Shown: positions 1 through 18,100, numbered from the stretch's first letter. The stretch is 64,000 nucleotides of DNA from an uncultured delta proteobacterium (GCA_963776345.1 CAVZMH010000016.1:544001-608000), one strand, 5' to 3'. Numbers and translations are program-made. Notes: a model not told the origin generated them from the sequence alone.

Positions 1-14
1 AACTTCTTCGCCGG

Positions 15-536
15 CTACTCGAAGATGTAGGTCCGGAGCTGGATTCCCCCGAGGATCGCCCCGGAGATCCGGATGCCCTGCCCCGCCGTCACCTCGGCCG
101 CGCCGCCCAGGTAGAGCCCGAAGGTGGGAAGCAGCTCGTACTGCACCCCGAACCCGAGCCGCGGGCCGGCGGTCACGTTCGGGGTGACGTGCATGGCGAC
201 CTCGGCGGTGAGGTAGGTCTTGAAGCGCTCGTCGCCGAAGTACGCCCGGAGCCCGCCCGCCACCGCCACGTCCACCGAGGGGCCGCCGAAGCCGGTGCGC
301 GCGCCGAGGGTCCACTCGTTGCCCGAGACGCCGAGCGGGAAGGTGAGCATCGTCTCGAGCAGCGCCCGCCGCCCCTCCTCGGTCTCGCCGCCCGCCTTCA
401 CCTCACGCTTGAAGTCGATGCCGCCGCCGAGGAGAAGCCCGAGCGCGCCGCGGTGATCCCAGCGCTCCTCCTCCTCCGCCCCGGCGACGGCCGGCACGAG
501 GAGCAGGGCGGCGAGGAGGCAACCCCGCGCGCTCAG
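15..536 (-). CDS. Hypothetical exported protein, outer-membrane beta-barrel-like (start uncertain)
   Basis: Signal-like LLAALLLVPAVAGA, then alternating hydrophobic beta-strand pattern ending IQLRTYIFE; 3' part of ORF 15..1169. Confidence 0.6.
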   Translation of the reverse strand: MSARGCLLAALLLVPAVAGAEEEERWDHRGALGLLLGGGIDFKREVKAGGETEEGRRALLETMLTFPLGVSGNEWTLGARTGFGGPSVDVAVAGGLRAYFGDERFKTYLTAEVAMHVTPNVTAGPRLGFGVQYELLPTFGLYLGGAAEVTAGQGIRISGAILGGIQLRTYIFE

Positions 537-537
537 T

Positions 538-583
538 CCCCCGCACCAGGGGGACGCCTGTCGAGCCCCCCGCACCAGGGGGA
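538..583. repeat. 17-bp direct repeat CCCCCGCACCAGGGGGA x2 (538-554, 567-583), each copy able to form a small hairpin
   Basis: Read directly from the sequence between larE and the beta-barrel gene. Confidence 0.6.
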
Positions 584-652
584 GGCCCGTGGAGCCGCGC
601 AGCGGCGCGGCGCGTCCAGGCTCACCGTCGCTCGAGCGCCGCGCCTTGAGGC

Positions 653-1516
<864 letters not shown>

Positions 1517-1538
1517 GGCTGCCGGCCCCCGCCCGCGG

Positions 1539-2213
1539 TCAGCGCTTGCCCTTGCGGGCCTTGCGCGGCTTCGCCACCCGGGCCGCCCGGGCGGCGCGGG
1601 CCACCGGACGGGCGCGCGCACCCTTCTTCGCCGGCGGGCTGGCCTTCATGCGCTTGCCGGTGATGACCTTGAGCTCCTCGGTCGTGACGTGGCCCATGTC
1701 CAGGAGCGCCTGGAAGATGCGCAGCGCGCCCGACTCCACCGTCTCCACGTCCGAGCGGATGGTCACCTCCGGAGAGGAGGGCGGCTCGTACGGCTCGGTG
1801 ATGCCGACGAAGTTGGGGATCTCCCCGGCCAGCGCCTTCTTGTACTTGCCGGTCGAGTCGCGCTGGATGAGCCTCTCCGTCGGGCAGTCGACGTAGACCT
1901 CGAGGAAGCGGCCGATGAGGCGCCGGTTGTCCTCGCGCGCACCCTTGTACGGGCTGACCGAGGCCACCAGGGTCGCGACCTGGTTACGGGTCAGGAGGTT
2001 GGCCACGAGCCCGAGTCGGCGCACTCCGATGTTGCGCTCCTCCTTGGTGTCGGCCGTGCCGCCCCAGAAGTCCTCGGCGAGGTCGTTCTCGTCCAGCACC
2101 TCGACGGCGCGGGCCACCTGGCGGAGCCGGGCGGCGATGTAGTCGACCAGGGTCGTCTTGCCGGCGCCGGACATGCCGGTCAGCCAGAGGGTGAAGCCTT
2201 GGGTGGGTGCCAT
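1539..2213 (-). CDS. cysC: Adenylyl-sulfate (APS) kinase-family protein with basic C-terminal tail
   Basis: WLTGMSGAGKTT P-loop, VSPY, EVYVDCP, FVGITEPYEPP; ATG at 2213 preceded by GGAG. Confidence 0.82.
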   Translation of the reverse strand: MAPTQGFTLWLTGMSGAGKTTLVDYIAARLRQVARAVEVLDENDLAEDFWGGTADTKEERNIGVRRLGLVANLLTRNQVATLVASVSPYKGAREDNRRLIGRFLEVYVDCPTERLIQRDSTGKYKKALAGEIPNFVGITEPYEPPSSPEVTIRSDVETVESGALRIFQALLDMGHVTTEELKVITGKRMKASPPAKKGARARPVARAARAARVAKPRKARKGKR

Positions 2214-2235
2214 GAATACTCCGCGGGTGCGGGGC

Positions 2236-2251
2236 CGCAAAATTCGTACCA
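2236..2251 (-). promoter_or_regulatory. Sigma54 (-24/-12) promoter upstream of cysC-larE
   Basis: Minus strand TGGTACGAATTTTGCG: GG-N10-GC spacing, close to consensus TGGCACG-N4-TTGC. Confidence 0.72.
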
Positions 2252-2365
2252 GCGCGCGAAACATGAGGCGCTGCGCAGACTTGTGTGTACACGAAGTCGC
2301 CGTTCTTGACAATTGTAACTGCGGAGACGGACGGCCTGTGTGAGGACGCAAGCGCCTGGATCGAC

Positions 2366-3364
2366 TCAGGATTGACTCGGAAGCGGACAGTCCCACTCCA
2401 CGAAGTCACCCTCGCTCCACACGGCCCAGACGGCGCTCGGTGGACGGCTGGCACAGAAGGCCACCACCAGGTGGGCCACGCCGGGGTGGAGGGGCTGTCC
2501 GTCGGGGGCTGCCCAGCCTCGGTCCTCGGCCGAGAAGTCCTTCCCGCCATCGGGATGCGAGTGGGCGATGGCGAGGACCCGCTCCCCCGCCGCGTCGGCC
2601 GCCCGGAGCAGGGCGAGCCAGGCGCGCGGGTCGAAGCTGAAGGCGGTCCGGGGCGAGCGAGGAAACGCCGCGGGGTCGCGTGCGTGGTGGGCGCCCTGTG
2701 CGTTCTCCATCGGGACCAGCCGGACGGTGTCCTCGCGTCCGAGGAGCACGGCGCAGCCTTCGTCCGGCAGCGCCGCGGCGAGATGGCGCAGGAGCTCGGC
2801 CATCACCGCCTCCGGCACGGCGGGAGGTCGATGGATGCAGGCGGGAGCGGCGAGCGTCGAGAGGCTGCCGGTCGCCGAGACCTCCGCGCCCTCCATCCCC
2901 GCAGCGAGACCGAGGGCCCGGCGCTGCACCAGCAGGGCGACGAGGCTCCCGACCTGGACGCTCGCCCTCCCTGCTTCCTCCGGAGGCCCGAGCTCTCCCG
3001 CCGCGAGACGGAGGCACGCTCTGCAGCCGCCCTCCTCGATGGACCACAGGACGTGAGCCCCCGCCCGGGTTCCCACCACCACGACGCCCCCTCCTTCCGG
3101 CACCGTGGGAGGGGCGATGACCCGGAGCAGGCGCCCCGGAGCCGCCCCGAGGAGCGGCGGCGTGCGCGCCCAGGCCGCCGTGGCCTCGCCCTCGAGGTCC
3201 ACCTCGGTCCCCCCCGCCCGGAGGTACGCGGCGGCGGCGAGCGCGGCCTCGCCCCCGAAGGCGAGCTCGACCCGCACGGCGCCGAGCGCCTCTTGCCCGC
3301 GCTCGCCGACGTCACGGAGCAAGAGCTGACGGGCGTAGCGCTGGATCTGTGGCTCGCTCAGCAC
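2366..3364 (-). CDS. Fusion of a degenerate ThiF/MoeB (E1-like) domain and a JAMM/MPN+ (Mov34) metalloprotease
   Basis: N-terminal QIQRYARQLLLRDVGERGQEAL, internal CRAC; C-terminal PDEGCAVLLG and AHSHPDGGKDFSAED (JAMM HxH..S..D); GTG at 3364 overlaps the tusA stop. Confidence 0.8.
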   Translation of the reverse strand: MLSEPQIQRYARQLLLRDVGERGQEALGAVRVELAFGGEAALAAAAYLRAGGTEVDLEGEATAAWARTPPLLGAAPGRLLRVIAPPTVPEGGGVVVVGTRAGAHVLWSIEEGGCRACLRLAAGELGPPEEAGRASVQVGSLVALLVQRRALGLAAGMEGAEVSATGSLSTLAAPACIHRPPAVPEAVMAELLRHLAAALPDEGCAVLLGREDTVRLVPMENAQGAHHARDPAAFPRSPRTAFSFDPRAWLALLRAADAAGERVLAIAHSHPDGGKDFSAEDRGWAAPDGQPLHPGVAHLVVAFCASRPPSAVWAVWSEGDFVEWDCPLPSQS

Positions 3365-3600
3365 GGCGGCGCCTCTCGCCGGAGGAGCAGCCGCCAGGTG
3401 CCGTCCTCCAGCGCCTCGAGCCCGAGCACGGTGTGCCCGGCGTCGCGCGCGCTCTCCGGCACGTTCCTCAGCGGCTCGTCGCCCCTGAGCCGGACCTCGA
3501 GGACCCCACCGACCGGGAGGCGCTCCAGCGCGATCTTGGTCCGGACGAAGGTCATGGGACAGACCTCGGCGGTGATGTCGATCCGCGCGTCCGGCCTCAC
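3358..3600 (-). CDS. tusA: TusA/SirA-family sulfur carrier
   Basis: IDITAEVCPMTFVRTKIALERL (CPx motif), 80 aa; GTGA overlap with the upstream gene. Confidence 0.85.
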   Translation of the reverse strand: MRPDARIDITAEVCPMTFVRTKIALERLPVGGVLEVRLRGDEPLRNVPESARDAGHTVLGLEALEDGTWRLLLRREAPPC

Positions 3601-4257
3601 GCCCGTCCTCCGCACCCGGGGCAGCCGGGCGCTCGCCGGACGGTGAGCGTCCGGAAGCGCAGGGTCCGCCCGTCGACCACGTGGAGCGTGCTCTGCCCCG
3701 CGGGCGACGGCGGCCCGAGCGCGAGGGAGGCCTGCAGAGCGCCGAGCACACCGGCGAGCGAGCCGAGCACGCCCGCGCGGGCGCAGGTGGGCACCTCGTC
3801 TTCCCTCGGCGCGGTGCCGTACAGGCAGCGGAGGCACGCCCCGCCGGGGTCGATGCGCATCGCCTGCCCGCCCCACTGGACCACGCCTCCGGACACCAGC
3901 GGCGTCCCGGTGCGGGCGACCGCGTCGGACATCTGGAATTTGGCCCCCACCGAGTCGGTCCCGTCGATGGCCAGGGCGTGGCGTGAGAGGAGCGCTTCGA
4001 CCTCCTGGGGGGCCGATGCGCTTCACCCAGGTCTCCACCTCGAGCCCGGGGAAGGCACGGACGAGCCGCTCGCGCGCGACCGCAACCTTGAACCGCCCCA
4101 CGTCCTCGGGCCCGTAGAGCGGCTGGCGATGGAGGTTGGAGGTCTCGACCACGTCGCCGTCGACGAGCGTGAGGCGGCGCGCCCCGACCCCGGCGAGCGC
4201 GACGGACGCCGGACACCCGAGCCCGCCCATGCCGATGATCACCGTCGCGCCCAGCAT
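3597..4257 (-). CDS. MoeB/ThiF-family adenylyltransferase; apparent extra base in the G6 run at 4007-4012
   Basis: GMGGLG, DGDVVETSNLHRQ, DGTD, CLRC, PTCARAGVLG, CPGC spread over two frames; removing one base restores IGPQEVEALL. Confidence 0.82.
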
Positions 4258-4279
4258 CGCCGGCGCTAGGGTACGTCAC

Positions 4280-4656
4280 ATGCGCCCTGCCCTGCTCCCG
4301 GTCCTGCTGCTCGCCGCGGCCGCGTGTCCTCCCCCCCCTCGCACCAGGCGAGCGCGCCCACGCCGGCCCAGCCCGCGGCGCCTGCGGCCCGACCGGGGCC
4401 GGCCACGGAGCGGTCCGCTGTCCCTGCGCCGGCACCCGCGCCCGCCATCCGGCTCGATGCCCGGCAGACCGAGTGCGTGGAGAAGTGGCTCAAGGGGCAC
4501 GGCCTGGACGCGTACGGCAACCCGGCGGGCACGATGTACGCCGGCGGGACGCCCACCTTCGACGAGGCCACGGGTCGCTCGGTGGACCGCTGGACGCTGG
4601 TGGCGAAGAACCGGCCCGAGGCGCTCCAGAGCTGCGGGGTCCCCCTCCCGCCCTGA
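4280..4656 (+). CDS. Putative lipoprotein of unknown function; apparent frameshift in the C8 run at 4331-4338
   Basis: MRPALLPVLLLAAAAC lipobox in one frame; Pro/Ala linker and domain LDAYGNPAGTMYAGGTPTFDEATG in ORF 4324..4656. Confidence 0.65.
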
Positions 4657-4671
4657 GGGGCGGTGCAGCGC

Positions 4672-5139
4672 TCAGGCCGGCGCTGCGGCACCGACCCGTC
4701 GCTCCAGTGCGGCGATGACGTCGTCCAGGTGCCGCCAGACCTGGCGCTCGTGCTGGATGACGTCCTCGATCCGCCCGTCGGGCGAGACGACGAACGTCAC
4801 CCGGCGGCTGATGCGCACCAGGGGCCAGAGCACGCCGAACTTCTCGCTGATCTTCCGCTCGCTGTCGCCGAGCAGCGGGTACTCGATCTTCTCGCTCCGG
4901 GCGAACTCGCACTGGACCTCGGGCCGGTCCACGGAGACGCCGACCAGCTCGCCGCCGAGCGCACGGATGCGGGCCTGGTTGTCGCGGAAGTGGCGGATCT
5001 CCTCGGTGCACCCCGCGGTGAACGCCTTGGGGAAGAAGAAGAGCACCAGCCGCCGGCCGCGGAAGTCACCGAGGCGGACGGTCTGTCCCTGACAATCGCG
5101 CGCCTCGAACTCCGGCGCCGTGTCACCCACCGCGAGCAT
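4672..5139 (-). CDS. bcp: Peroxiredoxin (BCP/PrxQ family)
   Basis: FFPKAFTAGCTEE (PxxxTxxC), RRVTFVVSPDGRI. Confidence 0.88.
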   Translation of the reverse strand: MLAVGDTAPEFEARDCQGQTVRLGDFRGRRLVLFFFPKAFTAGCTEEIRHFRDNQARIRALGGELVGVSVDRPEVQCEFARSEKIEYPLLGDSERKISEKFGVLWPLVRISRRVTFVVSPDGRIEDVIQHERQVWRHLDDVIAALERRVGAAAPA

Positions 5140-5212
5140 GAAAACCTCCGGAACGCCCCTCTTTGCCACGAAACGGCGTCCGAGGGCACCCCGGGAGCCG
5201 GTACGGCAGCGG

Positions 5213-5926
5213 TCAGTGGAAGCCCAAGACAGTCCAGCTGATCCAGTGGGCCAGGGCCGGTGACACCAGCCGGCCCGTCCGGTCCCGGAGAATCCCGAAT
5301 ACCAGTCCGAACGCGGTCTTCCCGAGGAGTCCCCAGAGGGAGAAGCGCAGGTGGTAGGCGGCGAAGACCAGGGCGCAGAGCAGTACCCCGGCCCCTCGCC
5401 CGAGGCTCGCCTGGAGGGTGGGCTGGAGGTCGCCCCGGAACAGCGTTTCCTCTGTCAGAGCGGCCTCCACGCCGACGAGCAGGATGAGGAGCCGCGCCAG
5501 CGGCGGGGTGGACCACCAGCCCTGGAGCACCTCCGCCGCGCTCGCCCCGGCGCTCATCTGGATGAGCAGGACGATCCCGCAGCACGCCAGCCCGCCGAGG
5601 AGCCCCCGGGCGAGGTCCGGCCCGAGCCGTGCGGCACTCCACCCGAGGTCGGCGACCGAGAGGCGTCCCCAGACGATGAGCCCGAGCCCGATGACCCCGC
5701 CGAGCGAGAGCACGCTCGTCCCGAGGAGCACGGCGAAGGTCCAGCCGTCGATCGTCTCGAGGCCCTCGCGCCCCGTGATGCGCTCGAGCAGGACGAAGCC
5801 GAGGATCCGGGTCATCGCCAGGAGCGCGACGAGCAGGAGCGCGTGCCCGAGCCGGGCTCCGCTCCCCAGCGGCCAGCGGGCGGCGCTCGACGTGGTCGGC
5901 GCGGCGACGGCTCCGGAGAGTTCCAC
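5213..5926 (-). CDS. CPBP/Abi-family intramembrane metalloprotease
   Basis: EETLFRG, FAAYH and HWISW motifs; several TM segments. Confidence 0.85.
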   Translation of the reverse strand: MELSGAVAAPTTSSAARWPLGSGARLGHALLLVALLAMTRILGFVLLERITGREGLETIDGWTFAVLLGTSVLSLGGVIGLGLIVWGRLSVADLGWSAARLGPDLARGLLGGLACCGIVLLIQMSAGASAAEVLQGWWSTPPLARLLILLVGVEAALTEETLFRGDLQPTLQASLGRGAGVLLCALVFAAYHLRFSLWGLLGKTAFGLVFGILRDRTGRLVSPALAHWISWTVLGFH

Positions 5927-5967
5927 TGGCTCTCAGCCTAGCGGGCAGTACCGACCCTCGTCGGCCC

Positions 5968-6375
5968 TCACTGCCGGAGCAGCCAGAGGTGGCGCGCCGG
6001 CGTGACGAGGTGATGGAGGAGCAGTGCGACCACGAAGGCAATCAACGCAGCGGATCGGTGCAGGGCCGCGAGCGCCGCCGCGCCCCCGAGGAAGACCGCC
6101 AGCTCCAGCAACAGCCGCACCCAGCCCGGCACTGGCACCGGCGCCCGACCCGAGCGACTCGGGTCTCCAGGGACCGCGAACGTCACCCAGGCGGCAGCGG
6201 CGATGGCCGGAAGCCCGAGCCCGGCGAGCCACGCAGCGGCGCCCGGCGGCGCCGTCTGGAACGCCCAGTTCCCCATCGCCACGAGTGAACCGACCTCCAG
6301 AACGAACCGGATGGCCAGCTGCCAGGCGGGAATTCTCGGGATTTCTGCGCCTCCTGTATGACTCGTTGTCTCCAT
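5968..6375 (-). CDS. YrdB/DUF2568-like membrane protein
   Basis: LAIRFVLEVG...WVTFAVPGDP...RLLLELAVF; about four TM segments. Confidence 0.75.
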   Translation of the reverse strand: METTSHTGGAEIPRIPAWQLAIRFVLEVGSLVAMGNWAFQTAPPGAAAWLAGLGLPAIAAAAWVTFAVPGDPSRSGRAPVPVPGWVRLLLELAVFLGGAAALAALHRSAALIAFVVALLLHHLVTPARHLWLLRQ

Positions 6376-6433
6376 CGGGCCCCACGCTGCCTGGCCTGCC
6401 GCGGCAGGTCCAGGAGCAAGCTCCGAGCGCTCA

Positions 6434-10765
<4,332 letters not shown>

Positions 10766-10856
10766 TCACGTCCGGCCGGAGTCGCGCGAGGCGCGGTCTG
10801 CCAGCCACTCGAATCCGAAGTAGGCGGCGCCCCCCATGCTGCGGGGCGCCGGCAGG

Positions 10857-15068
<4,212 letters not shown>

Positions 15069-15159
15069 TCGGTCTCCCTGACGACGGGAAGCTTGGTTTC
15101 TCAAAAGGGCGATGCCGGCGCCCCTCGCTTCGGAGGAGGACGCCGGCACGCCTGACACG

Positions 15160-15222
15160 GAAAAGCGCGGAGCGACCGTGCCGGGGGACGTGGGCCCCGG
15201 CACGACGCCCAATCCGCTCGCC
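15160..15222 (-). terminator. Hairpin with short U tract between rplL and rpoB (attenuator-like)
   Basis: Stem GTGCCGGGG/CCCCGGCAC, then GCGCTTTT on the minus strand. Confidence 0.5.
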
Positions 15223-15224
15223 GA

Positions 15225-15602
15225 TTACTTGATCTCGACGGTGGCACCAGCCGCGGTGAGCTGGTCCTTGATCTTCTTGGCGTCGTCCTTGTTGACGCCT
15301 TCCTTCACCGTCTTGGGAGCACCCTCGACCAGGTCCTTGGCCTCCTTCAGGCCCAGGCCAGTGATGGCGCGGATCTCCTTGATGACGTTGATCTTGTTCG
15401 CGCCCGCGTTGGCGAGGACGACCGTGAACTCGGTCTTCTCCTCGGCCGGAGCGGCGGCCACCCCCGCACCGGCGCCAGGAGCGGCGACGGCGACGGCGGC
15501 GGCGGAGACGCCCCACTTCTCCTCGAGCTTCTTCACGAGCTCGGCGGCCTCCATCACGGTGAGGGAGGACAGCGAGTCGACGATGTGATTCAGGTCTGCC
15601 AT
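15225..15602 (-). CDS. rplL: 50S ribosomal protein L7/L12
   Basis: [32 protein letters not shown]. Confidence 0.98.
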   Translation of the reverse strand: MADLNHIVDSLSSLTVMEAAELVKKLEEKWGVSAAAVAVAAPGAGAGVAAAPAEEKTEFTVVLANAGANKINVIKEIRAITGLGLKEAKDLVEGAPKTVKEGVNKDDAKKIKDQLTAAGATVEIK

Positions 15603-15686
15603 GGCGGAATTCAGCCTCTTAACGGGACTTGACTCTGTGCGGCAGAGCGGTCCCAGGTGAAAGGGTTAGTAAACTTATCGCTTCAA

Positions 15687-16211
15687 TTAAGTTATCTTCT
15701 CCAGCGCCTCCGCCCTGGCCTTGATCAGGCGGGCGAGGCGGCTTCCTGGCTCGGCCAGCGTCCGGGCAAGCTTGCCCGCCGGCTGGTTGAGCATCCCGAG
15801 GATCCTTGCCCGGAGCTCCGGCAGCCCCGGCATCTTCGCCAGCGCAGCCACACCCGCGGCATTGACCTTCTTGCCCTCGACGACCGCGCTCCGGACCTTG
15901 ATGGTCTCGAGGTCCTTGATGAACTCCTGGAGGATCTTCGCCGGGACGACCACGTCGTCGTAGCCGATGGCGATGGCCACGGGACCCGTGAAGTCGTCGC
16001 TCACCACCTCGACGGGCGTCCCCTTGGCAGCCCGCCTGGCGAGCGTGTTCTTCAGGACCCTGTAGTCCACCCCGGAGTCGCGGAGCTTCTTCCGCAGCCG
16101 GGTGACCGTCTCGACGTTGAGCTTCGAGAACTCCGCCACGATGGCCGTCCGGGCCCGGGCGAACTTCTCGTTCAGCTCTTTGATCATCACTTCCTTCTCG
16201 CTCTTCTCCAC
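15687..16211 (-). CDS. rplJ: 50S ribosomal protein L10
   Basis: YRVLKNTLARRA, FTGPVAIA; synteny; GGAGG RBS. Confidence 0.96.
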   Translation of the reverse strand: MEKSEKEVMIKELNEKFARARTAIVAEFSKLNVETVTRLRKKLRDSGVDYRVLKNTLARRAAKGTPVEVVSDDFTGPVAIAIGYDDVVVPAKILQEFIKDLETIKVRSAVVEGKKVNAAGVAALAKMPGLPELRARILGMLNQPAGKLARTLAEPGSRLARLIKARAEALEKIT

Positions 16212-16349
16212 TCTGTCTCACCTCCCATCGTGCCGGCCTTGACGGCCTGGCGTGCTGCCCTGAGCCAGAGTGGCAGAGCGAGAGGGACACCTCGCGGCGT
16301 CCTCTTGTGCGGGGGGGCCCCGCATCCTGGGCCCCGCGTCCGGGTCCCA

Positions 16350-16440
16350 GCGCTCCCTTCGTCTCGGCAGGGCCGGAGGTCGGGCCGTCGCCAGCCTCCA
16401 TTTCGACGGGGGTCGCACCCGTCCCTGCGGTCTTGGACCA
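16350..16440 (-). promoter_or_regulatory. L10 leader autoregulatory RNA element
   Basis: Minus strand CCAAGACCGCAGG ... CCTGCCGAGACG, as in L10-leader elements, in the rplJ 5' UTR. Confidence 0.75.
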
Positions 16441-16479
16441 GGGGGTTGCCGGGGGCTGTCGCTCCCGGCGGAATCGGCG

Positions 16480-16508
16480 CATCTAGCAAGGGCCGGGCCG
16501 GATGTCAA
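16480..16508 (-). promoter_or_regulatory. Sigma70-type promoter of rplJL
   Basis: TTGACA-N17-TAGATG with TG just upstream of the -10, directly before the L10 leader. Confidence 0.72.
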
Positions 16509-16913
16509 AGCCCTGCCGGGTGGCCGGTTTGAGACGCCATGCCGATGCCCAGCCAGCTCGCCCGTAGGGAGGACCGGGCCGGCTCAATTCCGTTGTCCAA
16601 GCCCGTTCCCGCCCTGGCCTCGAGCTTCGAACGCTGGCGGGTCGCCACGGCCCAGGAGTTCGCCATGGATGGAAATGACTCCGAGGCCTGGTTGGGGGAA
16701 CAGTTTGGGACGGTCTCCCCGGGAGGAGGTCGCAAGGTCCCGTTTGCCGTTCGAAAATGGTTCCCAGACGGGGTTGGGGAAACCGCTCCGCTGTCACTGA
16801 AGCAGGCAGGGCAGCTCCTGAGGCCTCCCCAAGGGGCATTCGGCACCCGTTTGGGACGCCCGGAGACGCGCGTGGGCCGGTGCGCGCCCGGCCGAGGGCT
16901 CGCGGACCAGCGT

Positions 16914-17630
16914 CTACCGGTACCGGGCGCCAATCTCCTGCACGTCCAGCTTGATGCCGGGGGTCATCGTCGCGCTGATGGTCGCGCTCTTCAGATAGAC
17001 GCCCTTCGCCGAAGACGGCTTGAGCTTCATCACCAGCTCGATGAGCGCGTTGAAGTTCTCCGTCAGCTTCTCGGCGGGGAACGACGCCTTGCCCACCGGG
17101 GCGTGCACGATGCCCGCCTTCTCGGCGCGGAACTCCACCTTGCCGCCCTTGGCCTCGCGGATCGCCTTGCCCACGTCAGCGGTCACCGTCCCCACCTTCG
17201 GGTTCGGCATCAGGCCGCGGGGACCGAGCACCTTCCCCAGCCGGCCCACCACGCCCATCATGTCCGGGGTGGCGATGACGGTGTCGAAGTCCATGAAGCC
17301 TTCTTCGATCCGCTTCGCCAGATCCGCCTCGCCCACCACGTCGGCGCCGGCGTCCTGGGCCTCGCGCTGCTTCTCGCCCTTGGCGAACACCGCCACCCGC
17401 ACCGTCTTCCCGATGCCGTTGGGCAACACCACCGCGCCACGCACCATCTGGTCGGCGTGCTTCGGGTCCACCCCGAGGTTGATCGCCACGTCCACCGTCT
17501 GGTCGAACTTCACCCCGCGCTTGGAGACCGTCTCCTTGAGCAGCTTGAAGGCCTCGTCCACTGTGTAGCGCTTGTTGCGGTCCACCAGCTCGGCTGCCGC
17601 ACGGAACTTCTTCGCAGTCTTGGTCGTCAT
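16914..17630 (-). CDS. rplA: 50S ribosomal protein L1
   Basis: [35 protein letters not shown] at 17630. Confidence 0.98.
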   Translation of the reverse strand: MTTKTAKKFRAAAELVDRNKRYTVDEAFKLLKETVSKRGVKFDQTVDVAINLGVDPKHADQMVRGAVVLPNGIGKTVRVAVFAKGEKQREAQDAGADVVGEADLAKRIEEGFMDFDTVIATPDMMGVVGRLGKVLGPRGLMPNPKVGTVTADVGKAIREAKGGKVEFRAEKAGIVHAPVGKASFPAEKLTENFNALIELVMKLKPSSAKGVYLKSATISATMTPGIKLDVQEIGARYR

Positions 17631-17653
17631 GTCAGGAGTCTCCGGGGCAGCCG

Positions 17654-18100
17654 TCAGTCGACGATGTCGATGCCCATCGAGCGGGCCGTTCCGGCGATGG
17701 TGGCCATCGCCGCCTCGAGCGAGCCGGCGGTCATGTCCGGCATCTTCAGCCGGGCGATGTCCTCCAGCTGCTTGCGCTTCACCTGACCGACCTTCTCCTT
17801 GCCCGGCTTGTGCGCCCCCGAGCCCTTCTTCTTCTCGGTGTGCAGCCCGGCCGCCTTCTTCAAGAGCACCGCCGCCGGAGGCGTCTTCAGCACGAAGGTG
17901 AAGGAGCGGTCCTGGTACACGGTGATGATCACCGGGATGATCAGGCCTTCCTTCGCCTGCGCCTGCGTCGCGGCGTTGAACTGCTTGCAGAACTCCATGA
18001 TGTTGACGCCCTGCTGGCCGAGCGCCGGCCCGATGGGCGGGGCCGGGTTGGCCTTGCCCGCAGGGATCTGCAGCTTCACCTGTCCGGTGACCTTCTTCAT
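17654..18100 (-). CDS. rplK: 50S ribosomal protein L11
   Basis: [35 protein letters not shown]. Confidence 0.98.
   Translation of the reverse strand: MKKVTGQVKLQIPAGKANPAPPIGPALGQQGVNIMEFCKQFNAATQAQAKEGLIIPVIITVYQDRSFTFVLKTPPAAVLLKKAAGLHTEKKKGSGAHKPGKEKVGQVKRKQLEDIARLKMPDMTAGSLEAAMATIAGTARSMGIDIVD

Noticed and set aside
2366..4257. E1 + JAB read as an anti-phage system (CBASS Cap2/Cap3 or Bil-like)
   Set aside because: No E2 domain, cyclase or effector is visible; TusA, CysC and LarE neighbours point to sulfur metabolism.
16700..16760. c-di-GMP-I riboswitch-like GGCAAAC on the minus strand
   Set aside because: The required GAAA tetraloop stem and GCAAAGC elements are missing.
16539..17786. 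Plus-strand 415-aa ORF starting in the rplA-rplJ spacer
   Set aside because: Mostly antisense to rplA/rplK, with no clear RBS or motif; not supported as a gene.
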